Below are positions 1 through 8,616 of a stretch of DNA of 64,000 nt, piece after piece (the first letter of the stretch is position 1; every line of letters starts with the position of its first letter). Below the pieces are notes generated by a model. It was not told where the DNA came from. It ran no database searches and was given only the letters and a program-made list of their open reading frames with translations. The stretch comes from Rhodospirillaceae bacterium. Lineage in GTDB: Bacteria; Pseudomonadota; Alphaproteobacteria; GCA-2721365. The stretch lies in contig PBKC01000037.1 in NCBI GenBank assembly GCA_002721365.1, positions 29,501 to 93,500 on the forward strand, in the 5' to 3' direction. Both the position numbers and the translations under genes were made by a program.

Positions 1-2298
1 GGGGTCGTCATCATGCGCTGGGGCGAGAATGCGCTCACCACCATCGACGGGGCGAAGGCGCGGCTCGCCGAACTCGCGCGAAGCCTGCCCGAGGGCGTCG
101 AGATCGTCGAGACCTACGACCGCTCGGACCTCATCCGGCGCGCCGTCGCCACGCTCGAAGAGAAGCTGATCGAGGAGTTCCTCGTCGTCGCGGTCGTCTG
201 CTGGCTCTTCCTCTTCCACCTGCGCTCTGCGCTCGTCGTGATGGTCAGCCTGCCGATCGGCATCCTCGCCGCCTTCATCGTCATGCAGATGCAGGGCATC
301 AACGCCAATATCATGTCGCTCGGCGGCATCGCCATCGCGATCGGTGCCATGGTCGACGCGGCCATCGTGATGATCGAGAACCTGCACAAGCATATCGAGC
401 GCGAAGGGTTGACGCCGGAGAACCGGTGGCAGGTTATCGGCAATGCCTCGCGTGAGGTCGGGCCACCACTGTTCTTCTCGCTCCTCATCATCACCCTGAG
501 CTTCCTCCCGGTCTTCGCGCTCGAAGCACAGGAGGGACGGCTGTTCAAGCCGCTCGCCTACACCAAGACCTACGCCATGGCGGCGGCGGCGGGCCTGTCG
601 GTGACCTTGGTGCCGGTGCTGATGGGCTATTTCGTCCGCGGCCGCATCCTTCCCGAGCGCCGCAATCCGATGAACCGGATTCTCATCGCGGCCTACCGCC
701 CGTTCATCGCAGTCACGTTGCGATTTCCGGCCCTGGTCCTCGTCTTCGCCGTCGTGATCGCGGCAAGCGCCTATATCCCCCTCCGCACGCTCGGCAGCGA
801 ATTCATGCCCGATCTCGACGAGGGTGACCTTCTGTACATGCCGAGCACCTATCCCGGAATCTCGATCGGCAAGGCGCGCGAGTTCCTGCAACAGACCGAC
901 AAGCTGATCCGCACCGTGCCGGAGGTGGAGACCGTCTTCGGCAAGGTCGGCCGCGCCGAGACGGCGACTGATCCGGCTCCCCTGACCATGGTCGAGACCA
1001 CGGTCCGCCTCAAGCCACGCGAAGAGTGGCGGCCGGGCATCACGATGGAGTCGCTCCGCCGCGAGCTCGATGCGCTCGTCGATTTTCCCGGCATCTCGAA
1101 CGTCTGGGTCATGCCGATCAAGAACCGTATCGACATGCTGGCGACCGGCATTAAGACTCCGGTCGGAATCAAGATCGCCGGCCCCGATCTCGATGTCGTC
1201 TCCGAGATCGGCACCCGCATCGAGGAAGCTCTCGCCGATGTTCCGGGCACGACCTCGGTCTATGCCGAGCGGGTCGTCGGCGGCCGCTTCGTGGATGTGA
1301 ACATCGATCGCTTGGCGGCGGCGCGCTACGGGCTCAACATCGCCGACGTGCAGGACATCGTTCGAACGGCGATCGGCGGCATGCGGATCACTGAGAGTAT
1401 CGAAGGGCTCGAACGGTATCCGGTGAATCTCCGGTATCCGCGCGACGTCCGGGACTCGATAGAGACGCTCAGGCTTCTGCCGGTCGTGACCCCGACAGGT
1501 GCCACCGTTCCCCTGAGCGCCGTCGCGGAAGTCGCCGTGGCCGAGGGGCCCGGCATGATCAAGAGCGAGAATGCACGACCCAATGGCTGGGTGTTCATCG
1601 ATATCGCCGGGCGCGACCTCGGATCATACGTGGCGGACGCCCGGCAGCGGGTGCGCGAGGCGGTCGCGCTTCCGGAGGGCTATGCGCTCTCCTGGTCCGG
1701 ACAATACGAGTTCATGGAGCGTGCGAAGGCGCGCCTGACGCTTGTCGTGCCGGTCACGCTCGCCATCATCGTCCTTCTCCTCTACCTGAATTTCCGCCGG
1801 GTGCCCGAGGTGCTGATGATCATGGGCACGCTGCCGCTCGCCTTGGTCGGCGGCGTCTGGCTGATCCAATGGCTGGGCTACAACCTCTCGGTGGCCGTCG
1901 GCGTCGGCTTCATCGCGCTCGCCGGGGTCGCGGTCGAAATCGGCGTCGTGATGCTCGTCTATCTGAACCTCGCCCTCGACCGACGCATTGCCGCGGCCGA
2001 AGCAGAAGGGCGACGGCTCGCACCAGAGGACGTTCGCGCTGCGGTGGTCGAAGGGGCATTGCACCGCGTGCGGCCCATCATGATGACCGTGACGGCGATT
2101 ATCGCCGGCCTGCTGCCCATCATGCTCGGATCAGGCACGGGATCGGAGGTGATGCAGCGCATTGCCGCACCAATGGTGGGCGGAATGGTGAGCGCCACGC
2201 TGCTCACCCTCGTCGTAATCCCCGCGGTGTTTCTGCTGTGGAAAGCGCGGCTCGGTTCGAGACGTTTGTCGTCCGAACCGATTTCCCCGGTACCGTAG
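1..2298 (+). CDS. cusA: CusA/CzcA-family heavy-metal efflux RND permease (5' end outside window)
   Basis: Frame is open from base 1. RND motifs NIMSLGGIAIAIGAMVDAAIVMIEN, GRLFKPLAYTKT and RVRPIMMT. Met-rich CusA-type motifs DLLYMPST, PLTMVET and WVMPIKNRIDML. Confidence 0.93.
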   Translation, partial: GVVIMRWGENALTTIDGAKARLAELARSLPEGVEIVETYDRSDLIRRAVATLEEKLIEEFLVVAVVCWLFLFHLRSALVVMVSLPIGILAAFIVMQMQGINANIMSLGGIAIAIGAMVDAAIVMIENLHKHIEREGLTPENRWQVIGNASREVGPPLFFSLLIITLSFLPVFALEAQEGRLFKPLAYTKTYAMAAAAGLSVTLVPVLMGYFVRGRILPERRNPMNRILIAAYRPFIAVTLRFPALVLVFAVVIAASAYIPLRTLGSEFMPDLDEGDLLYMPSTYPGISIGKAREFLQQTDKLIRTVPEVETVFGKVGRAETATDPAPLTMVETTVRLKPREEWRPGITMESLRRELDALVDFPGISNVWVMPIKNRIDMLATGIKTPVGIKIAGPDLDVVSEIGTRIEEALADVPGTTSVYAERVVGGRFVDVNIDRLAAARYGLNIADVQDIVRTAIGGMRITESIEGLERYPVNLRYPRDVRDSIETLRLLPVVTPTGATVPLSAVAEVAVAEGPGMIKSENARPNGWVFIDIAGRDLGSYVADARQRVREAVALPEGYALSWSGQYEFMERAKARLTLVVPVTLAIIVLLLYLNFRRVPEVLMIMGTLPLALVGGVWLIQWLGYNLSVAVGVGFIALAGVAVEIGVVMLVYLNLALDRRIAAAEAEGRRLAPEDVRAAVVEGALHRVRPIMMTVTAIIAGLLPIMLGSGTGSEVMQRIAAPMVGGMVSATLLTLVVIPAVFLLWKARLGSRRLSSEPISPVP

Positions 2299-2597
2299 GG
2301 CACGAACAGGTGCGAGGACTGAACGGAATATTTCAAGCTGGTGTCCGATCTTGGGCCGAGAGAATCGCAAACTGGCCGATCCGAGAAATTTCCTAAGCTA
2401 CTGACTTAGCATCGATTCTCAAAACCGAAACGGCGCCCTGGCGACCACGCTTTGCGGTCGTTGCCGTGGTGGGCAGGCCGCCGGCGTCCTTGCGCGCGAG
2501 CGCGCAAAAACATCAGAGAGGATTTTCCGCTGCGCGTGACCAGCGGGGCGGGCGATCTGTCCCGGGCGCGGCTGAAAGGGAGGTCGATCCGCGCAAC

Positions 2598-3077
2598 CTA
2601 CGCAGCCTCGTAGCTGGAGAACACCTCCGTACTGCCGTCGCGCCGGATCAGGAAGACGTCATAGGCTTCGCGCTCGTCCTCCGGTCCCATGCCGGGCGAT
2701 CCGTAGGGCATGCCCGGCACGGCGAGACCGACGGCGTCCGGCCGTTCCGCGAGCAGGCGCCGGATGTCGGCAGGCGGCACGTGGCCCTCGATCATGTAGC
2801 CGGCGATCTCTCCCGTGTGGCACGAAACCATCTCCTGCGGAATGCCGTTCTCGATCTTGTAACGCATGAGCAAGGTCCCCGCGCTCCGCTCGGTCGAGAC
2901 TGAAAACCCGTCATTTTCGAGGATCGCGATCCAGGCGGAACAGCAACCGCAGTTCGGGTCCTTGAGCACGTGGATCGCTGGCCTGGCACCCTGAGCGCGC
3001 GCCAGCGTTGGCGATATCGCCAACAGCGCCGTTCCACCGATCAGGACTGTGCGGCGGGAAGTGGTTCCGTGAGGCAT
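2598..3077 (-). CDS. DUF411 (CopG-like) periplasmic metal-binding protein, probable Tat substrate
   Basis: Start MPHGTTSRRTVLIGG gives a twin-Arg signal. Motifs DPNCGCC, SCHT, IEGHVP and GLAVPGMPYGSPGM. ATG 3077 preferred over the longer ORF start. Confidence 0.88.
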   Translation of the reverse strand: MPHGTTSRRTVLIGGTALLAISPTLARAQGARPAIHVLKDPNCGCCSAWIAILENDGFSVSTERSAGTLLMRYKIENGIPQEMVSCHTGEIAGYMIEGHVPPADIRRLLAERPDAVGLAVPGMPYGSPGMGPEDEREAYDVFLIRRDGSTEVFSSYEAA

Positions 3078-3132
3078 CTGGTTCTCCTTCCAGGTTCGGC
3101 GTTCAGATTGTCTGGAGCGGCACGTGCTCGTT

Positions 3133-5466
3133 TCAGAGATCAACCCGCCTGAGCCGCAGAGCGTTCGTGATCACCGATACCGACGACAGGCTCATCGCCG
3201 CCGCAGCGATCATCGGAGACAGCAGCATCCCGGTTACGGGATAGAGCAGTCCGGCCGCGATGGGCACGCCAAGCGTGTTGTAGGCGAAGGCGAAAAACAG
3301 GTTCTGCTTGATGTTGCGCAGGGTGGCGCGGGCGAGCTTGCGGGCCCGGACGATGCCCATGAGGTCACCGCCCAGAAGGGTGATTCCGGCGCTCTCCATC
3401 GCCACATCGGCCCCGGTGCCCATGGCGATGCCGACATCGGCGGCGGCGAGCGCGGGCGCGTCATTGACCCCATCACCGACCATGGCGATCTTGTGGCCGT
3501 CGCGGCGCAACTCGTCGATCAGGTCCTTCTTGGCTCCGGGAAGGACGCCCGCGCGCACCTCGTCGATTCCGAGCTTGCCCGCCACCGCCTGTGCCGTGCG
3601 TTCGTTGTCGCCCGTCGCCATGATGACGCGCAGCCCCAGGTCGTGAAGTTCCCGGATCGCCTGCGCCGTCGACTCCTTGATCGGGTCGGCCACCGCCACG
3701 ATGCCGGCAAGCGCGCCATCGACCGCGATGAACATCGCCGTCTTGCCTTCGGCGCGCAACGCGTCGGCCTTGGCTTCGCCCTGCGCCGTGTCCAGCTCCA
3801 TTTCCCGCATCATCGCGGCATTGCCGAGCGCCACCCTGCGTCCGCCGACCTTGCCTCGCACGCCCTTGCCGGTGACCGCTTCGAAGTCCGCAGCCTCCTG
3901 CCGCTTGGCGCCCAGCGCCTCGGCCGCCTCGACGATGGCTTCGGCCAGCGGGTGTTCCGAGCCCCGCTCGAGCGCTGCGGCGAGCGACAGCAGGTCGGCC
4001 TCCGGCAGATCCCCCAGGGCAACCGAGTCAGTCAGCTTCGGCTTGCCCATGGTCAACGTGCCGGTCTTGTCCACGATCAGCGTGTCGACGCCCGCCATGC
4101 GTTCCAGTGCCTCGGCATCCTTGATCAGCACGCCCGCCTGCGCCCCGCGTCCCGCCGCCGTGGTGATCGAGATCGGCGTCGCCAGTCCAAGGGCGCAGGG
4201 ACAGGCGATGATCAGCACCGACACCGCCGAGGCGATGGCGAAGACCAGCGCGGGTTCCGGGCCGAAGATCACCCAGACGACGAAGGCGACGATGGCGATG
4301 GCCACCACGGTCGGCACGAACACCGCCGAGACCCGGTCCGCCAGCCCCTGGATCGGCGCGCGCGACCGCCGCGCGTTCGACACCATCGCCACGATCTGCG
4401 CCAGAACGGTATCGGCCCCGACCTTGCCCGCCTCAATAACGAGACTGCCGTTCTTGTTGATCGTGGCTCCGGTCACCGCGTCGCCCGGACCCTTTTCCAC
4501 CGGCATCGACTCGCCGGTCAGCATGCTTTCGTCCAGGGACGAGCGGCCCTCGACGACCGTCCCGTCGACCGGGACCGCATCGCCGGGGCGCACGCGCAGC
4601 CGGTCGCCTTCCATGATGTTTTCCAGCGGCGCGTCATACTCCGACCCGTCCGGCAGGATGCGCCGCGCCGTCTTGGGCGCCAGATCCAGAAGCGCGCGGA
4701 TCGCGTCGCCGGTGCGTTCCCGTGCGCGCAACTCGAGAACCTGGCCCACAAAGACCAGCGTCACGATCACCACCGCCGCCTCGTAATAGGTGCCGACGCC
4801 GTGGCCCATCCGGTAGGCATCAGGGAACACGCCGGGCAGGAAGGTGGCGACCAGCGAATAGAGATAGGCCGCCGCCACGCCGAGACTGATCAGCGTCCAC
4901 ATGTTGGGGGAGCGGTTCATCATCGAGTCCCAGCCGCGTCGAAAGAACGGCAAGGCAGCCCAGAGGATGATCGGCGTCGCCAGCACGAACTCGAGATAGC
5001 TGGCGGTCTGATGCCCGATCCAGTCGCGCACCGGCAAGGCGACCAGTTCGCCCATCGTCAGGATGATGAGCGGCACCGCGGCTGCCGCCGAGATCCACAT
5101 CCGGCGGGTGAAGTCGGTCAGTTCCTCGCTGGGCTCGTCCGAGGGCAGCATCGGCTCCAGCGCCATGCCGCAGATCGGACATGCCCCGGGCGCGTCACGG
5201 ACGATCTCCGGGTGCATCGGGCAGGTGTACTGGACGTTGGCCGGAGGGACCTTCTTCTGCCCGGTGGCCCGGCCCGAGGCGTAGAACCACGGATCCGCCT
5301 TGAACTTCGTCTGGCATTTCTCGGAGCAGAAATGGAAGGTCTCGCCCTGATACTCCGCGCGACGCCCGTCGGGCTTGACTGCGACCATCATCCCGCAGAC
5401 CGGGTCCTTCGCCGTCTCTGTTCCCGCCGGAATTTCGGACTCCGCGTGATGATGACCGTGGTCCAT
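3133..5466 (-). CDS. copA: Cu+/Ag+-translocating P1B-type ATPase with N-terminal YHS and CPMHP metal-binding domains
   Basis: DPVCGM...FCS..C (YHS), [46 protein letters not shown], and YN/MSLSS transmembrane ligands. Confidence 0.95.
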   Translation of the reverse strand: MDHGHHHAESEIPAGTETAKDPVCGMMVAVKPDGRRAEYQGETFHFCSEKCQTKFKADPWFYASGRATGQKKVPPANVQYTCPMHPEIVRDAPGACPICGMALEPMLPSDEPSEELTDFTRRMWISAAAAVPLIILTMGELVALPVRDWIGHQTASYLEFVLATPIILWAALPFFRRGWDSMMNRSPNMWTLISLGVAAAYLYSLVATFLPGVFPDAYRMGHGVGTYYEAAVVIVTLVFVGQVLELRARERTGDAIRALLDLAPKTARRILPDGSEYDAPLENIMEGDRLRVRPGDAVPVDGTVVEGRSSLDESMLTGESMPVEKGPGDAVTGATINKNGSLVIEAGKVGADTVLAQIVAMVSNARRSRAPIQGLADRVSAVFVPTVVAIAIVAFVVWVIFGPEPALVFAIASAVSVLIIACPCALGLATPISITTAAGRGAQAGVLIKDAEALERMAGVDTLIVDKTGTLTMGKPKLTDSVALGDLPEADLLSLAAALERGSEHPLAEAIVEAAEALGAKRQEAADFEAVTGKGVRGKVGGRRVALGNAAMMREMELDTAQGEAKADALRAEGKTAMFIAVDGALAGIVAVADPIKESTAQAIRELHDLGLRVIMATGDNERTAQAVAGKLGIDEVRAGVLPGAKKDLIDELRRDGHKIAMVGDGVNDAPALAAADVGIAMGTGADVAMESAGITLLGGDLMGIVRARKLARATLRNIKQNLFFAFAYNTLGVPIAAGLLYPVTGMLLSPMIAAAAMSLSSVSVITNALRLRRVDL

Positions 5467-5493
5467 GTCCTGCCAGCCTTTGCTACTCGTTTC

Positions 5494-5524
5494 AGCTTGC
5501 GACTTCCCGCCGTTGGAACCTCAC
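5494..5524 (-). promoter_or_regulatory. CueR/MerR-type operator-promoter upstream of copA
   Basis: TTCC-N7-GGAA dyad (5504-5518) lies in a 19-bp spacer between GTGAGG (-35-like) and CAAGCT (-10-like), about 30 bp upstream of the copA ATG. Confidence 0.5.
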
Positions 5525-5530
5525 ACCATC

Positions 5531-5908
5531 TTAATGTTGGTCGTGAGCGCCATCCCTGACCGGATTGTGCGCCAGGAAAACCCACACGAACAGGAACACC
5601 AGCGCCATCCCGATCGCACCAAACACGACGATCAGCGGATCGGACTGCCACTTCATCGCGGCGAAGGTGGTCAGCATCACTGCATCGCCGCCCGCAGACG
5701 GAAACGCATTCGACATTTTAATGTAGGTGTAGGCGCTGAACGCGGTCACGACCGCGCCCACGACGAATGAGAGCGGGAAGAGCGACCCTGCAAGCTCGGC
5801 GATCTGGCCCGTCAGCGCGAAAATGCCTGCGCCGATCATCACGCCGGTGCCCATGGCCACCGCGCCCCATAGAGTGATGCTGTTCTTCTCGTAGTTCTTC
5901 GCCATCAC
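5531..5908 (-). pseudogene. APC-family amino-acid permease with large in-frame internal deletion
   Basis: The first ~74 aa are an APC N-terminus (GTGVMIGAGIF...PSAGG). They join directly to a C-terminal-like segment (DAV...MKWQSDPLIV). Total 125 aa versus >400 aa typical for APC permeases. Confidence 0.7.
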
Positions 5909-6576
5909 TTTCTCTTTTCAGGCTGTCGGCGCATCGCCACCCAGAGAAGCGGCAATCCCGTCACAAGTCCGAGGCCGAGCACCGCCCATGTCGCCCGGCC
6001 AAGGTCCCCGCTCACCGCCTCGCCACCGAAATGAGTGAGCAGGAAGCTCGCCGGAACGATGCCAGCCAGTGTCGCAACCGCGAAACGCCAGGCGTGCAGG
6101 CGGCTGAGCCCGGCCGCGTAGCTGATCATGTCGAAGGACACGAAGGGCATCAGGCGGCTGGCAAACACCGTCGCCGTCAATGCAGTCTGCGACCCGAGCA
6201 ATCCTGCATCGACGTGGTCACCGAACACGCGCCGCAAGACGTCATGCCCCAGAACCCGTGCGAGGCCGAAAGCGATCAGCGCCCCGAGCTCGGCGCCGAT
6301 CACGACCTGCACCGTCCCCCAGAGATGCCCGTAGGCCGCTCCGGCCGCCAGCGCGATCGGCGCGCTTGGGATCGGGCTGGCCACGACTGCGACGATCATG
6401 AGCGTGACGATCAAAACCGGCCCCCATAGGCCAGCGCGCGCAACCAGCATCTCGAGGCGCTTACCGTCCATCAGTTCGCGTGCCTCGGTGAACACCGACG
6501 GCGCAAACAGCCAGATCCCAAGCAGGGCGATCCCGAGGAGCACCAAACCCGCAAGAATGCCGGCGCGCAGGGTCAT
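5905..6576 (-). CDS. TVP38/TMEM64 (VTT/DedA) family membrane protein
   Basis: VASPIPSAPIALAAGAAYG and SRLMPFVSFDMISYAAGLS motifs; multi-TM protein. Confidence 0.88.
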   Translation of the reverse strand: MTLRAGILAGLVLLGIALLGIWLFAPSVFTEARELMDGKRLEMLVARAGLWGPVLIVTLMIVAVVASPIPSAPIALAAGAAYGHLWGTVQVVIGAELGALIAFGLARVLGHDVLRRVFGDHVDAGLLGSQTALTATVFASRLMPFVSFDMISYAAGLSRLHAWRFAVATLAGIVPASFLLTHFGGEAVSGDLGRATWAVLGLGLVTGLPLLWVAMRRQPEKRK

Positions 6577-6577
6577 C

Positions 6578-6964
6578 TCAGATCGCCTCGACAGCCTTCG
6601 CCAGGAGGCCGCGGGCCTGCCCCGCGACTACCGTCAATTCGGTGTTCTCGACCGCCTGCATCGACGCCACCGGGTCGATGGCGCTGACCTCCACACCGCC
6701 CTCGACTTCGCGCAGGATGACGTTGCAGGGCAGCATCGCCCCAACCCTCGGCTCGATCCCGATCGCCTGATGCGCCATGTTAGGATTGCAGGCGCCGAGA
6801 ATTCGATAGGCCGGCATCTCGACATCAAGCTTCTTCTTCATCGTCGCCTTGACGTCGATCTCGGTCAGCACGCCGAAGCCTTGGTCCGCGAGTGCTTTTC
6901 GTGCGCGGGCGTCAATATCATCGATATCACCGCCAGCTATCATTCGAGTGATCGTGTAGTTCAT
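6578..6964 (-). CDS. DUF302 domain protein
   Basis: GFGVLTEIDVKATMKKKL, ILGACNP and GAMLPCNV motifs. Confidence 0.9.
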   Translation of the reverse strand: MNYTITRMIAGGDIDDIDARARKALADQGFGVLTEIDVKATMKKKLDVEMPAYRILGACNPNMAHQAIGIEPRVGAMLPCNVILREVEGGVEVSAIDPVASMQAVENTELTVVAGQARGLLAKAVEAI

Positions 6965-7117
6965 TGCGATGTCCTTTCACTTATTTCCCAAGATGCTTGA
7001 CCAGGGTGGCTATCGCCGAAACCCCTCCACCACCAGCAGATGGTTGATCGCCTCGAAACGCCCAGTGTCGCGTAACAGTGCGAGCCACTGATCGTGCCCC
7101 AGGGCGGCAGTCAAGAC

Positions 7118-7192
7118 CTACTCCAGCCATAACATCCGGACCGGCATCCAGATCGCCATTCCGATTATCATCAGGTTCTCGCTCAGGGATAC
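7118..7192 (-). pseudogene. C-terminal remnant of a MauE/DoxX-type (glutaredoxin-fused) membrane protein
   Basis: Translates VSLSENLMIIGMAIWMPVRMLWLE*, resembling that family's VSLTENLMM..MA.WM end. An in-frame stop lies two codons upstream and there is no start. Confidence 0.45.
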
Positions 7193-7278
7193 GCATCAGC
7201 GTCAGGGGACATCAGGGCCGGCAGCCTCTATTGGCGGTGTCGTGTTGGTCCCATCATGGGCCACCAGAGCGACGGAAC

Positions 7279-7536
7279 TTGCAGATCCACCCGCAACTGA
7301 CCGCCACCCTGCTGGCAATCTCGCTGAGCGGATGCGCCGCCGTTGCCTATCCTGTGCCGCAAGGCGCGGTCAACGTTCCGCCCGGCCATATGACGCCGCC
7401 GGGCTGTTGCCGGGTATGCTTTCCCGATTGGTTGCCGAGCCAGCAGCTAACACCCGGTCCGTTCGAGGCGCTATGGCATCAGGTACCGCCTGTGCGGCGC
7501 CGGTATCCGGGTCCGGCGCTGGGATACGGCGAATAA
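7279..7536 (+). CDS. Small Pro-rich lipoprotein, possibly degenerate
   Basis: TTG start, hydrophobic stretch and lipobox LSGC, then VPPGHMTPPGCCRVCFPD, resembling PPGH.PPPG.CR.W small lipoproteins. Confidence 0.4.
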   Translation: MQIHPQLTATLLAISLSGCAAVAYPVPQGAVNVPPGHMTPPGCCRVCFPDWLPSQQLTPGPFEALWHQVPPVRRRYPGPALGYGE

Positions 7537-7756
7537 AGAAAGCCCGCCGAGCGTACCCGGCGGGCATAGGGCGCTCTCTCTCGAAGAAAGCGCAGGCCGT
7601 GGAAGATTCAGTGTGCGCCGTCGCCAGGAGCCGGACAAGAAAAAGCCTGTCGGCAATCCCATACGGAGCCCCGCGGCGTGTCAGTGTAGCGACAGCGACC
7701 TGTCCGGCGCGGCAGCACTGCCGCCGGTTGGATTCTAAAAAGCGTTGGGCAAGCCG

Positions 7757-8377
7757 ATGCACTTCTACAATGAACATATCCTCCCTCGGCTGACCCACTT
7801 GGCGATGCGCCAGGAGCAGCTCCTTCCTTATCGGAGTCGCGCCGTCGCTATCGCGAGGGGGCGTGTTCTCGAGGTTGGCGTCGGCTCCGGTCTGAACCTT
7901 GCGCTCTACCCGGATGCAGTGCGCGGAGTCATTGGCATCGATCCTTCGCCAGGGTTGCTCCGACTGGCGGTGGCGGCATCGCGGAACCGCACACCTGAGA
8001 CGACGCTGATTGAGGGCTCGGCGGAGGAACTGCCGCTCGAAGACGGAAGCATCGATTGTGCGATCGCGACCTGGACGCTTTGCAGTATTCCGCAGCCTCG
8101 CCGAGCGCTCTCGGAGATCCGGCGCGTTCTAAAGCCGCGGACGGGAATCTTCAGCTTCGTCGAGCACGGCTTGGCGCCGGAGCCGCGCGTCCAACGATGG
8201 CAGCGATGGCTAACGCCCGCCTGGAGCCGTTGCGCCGGGAACTGCCATCTCGATCGGCCGACGGCGACTCTCATTGAGGAGAGCGGGTTTCGAATCGAGG
8301 AGCTCAGGACCGGCTATGCATCCGGGCCAAAACCGATGGTCTTCATGTACGAAGGCGTTGCCCGGCGCGGTTCATGA
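7757..8377 (+). CDS. Class I SAM-dependent methyltransferase
   Basis: GRVLEVGVGSGLNL motif I, GIDPS, WTLCSIP, FVEHG and GNCHLDR. Confidence 0.88.
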   Translation: MHFYNEHILPRLTHLAMRQEQLLPYRSRAVAIARGRVLEVGVGSGLNLALYPDAVRGVIGIDPSPGLLRLAVAASRNRTPETTLIEGSAEELPLEDGSIDCAIATWTLCSIPQPRRALSEIRRVLKPRTGIFSFVEHGLAPEPRVQRWQRWLTPAWSRCAGNCHLDRPTATLIEESGFRIEELRTGYASGPKPMVFMYEGVARRGS

Positions 8378-8423
8378 CTGAAACTGACAAAGGCGTGACA
8401 GCCGTTCGGCCGAAATTCTGACG

Positions 8424-8443
8424 GCGGTATATAGCGGTATATA
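8424..8443. repeat. Perfect tandem repeat (GCGGTATATA)x2
   Basis: Read directly: 8424-8433 and 8434-8443, in the gap between the convergent methyltransferase and relaxase genes. Confidence 0.85.
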
Positions 8444-8616
8444 ATGGCGCTCGGCGCAGCTTCCTAACCATGGACGTGTTGACGTGATCGCTCAGGGAGC
8501 GCGTCCAAAGCTTTGCAGACCACGCCGCATTTTGCATAACCGGCATATCATGGCTTCGATTGCGCCGAGCTGGCTATCTGTCGCTCTGACTCGATCTCGA
8601 CTGAGTCATGCTGAGT

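Noticed and set aside
2299-2597. Intergenic dyads (CTAAG-N7-CTTAG near 2393-2409) as an IS end or res site
   Set aside because: No transposase or resolvase nearby and no partner repeat found; the dyads are short.
3124-5559. Very long antisense/alternate-frame ORFs (e.g. 811 aa opposite copA; 757 aa at 26702-28975; 898 aa at 37772-40468; 859 aa at 59605-62184)
   Set aside because: Shadow ORFs of high-GC genes. They are Arg/Gly/His-rich, have no family motifs and overlap well-supported genes.
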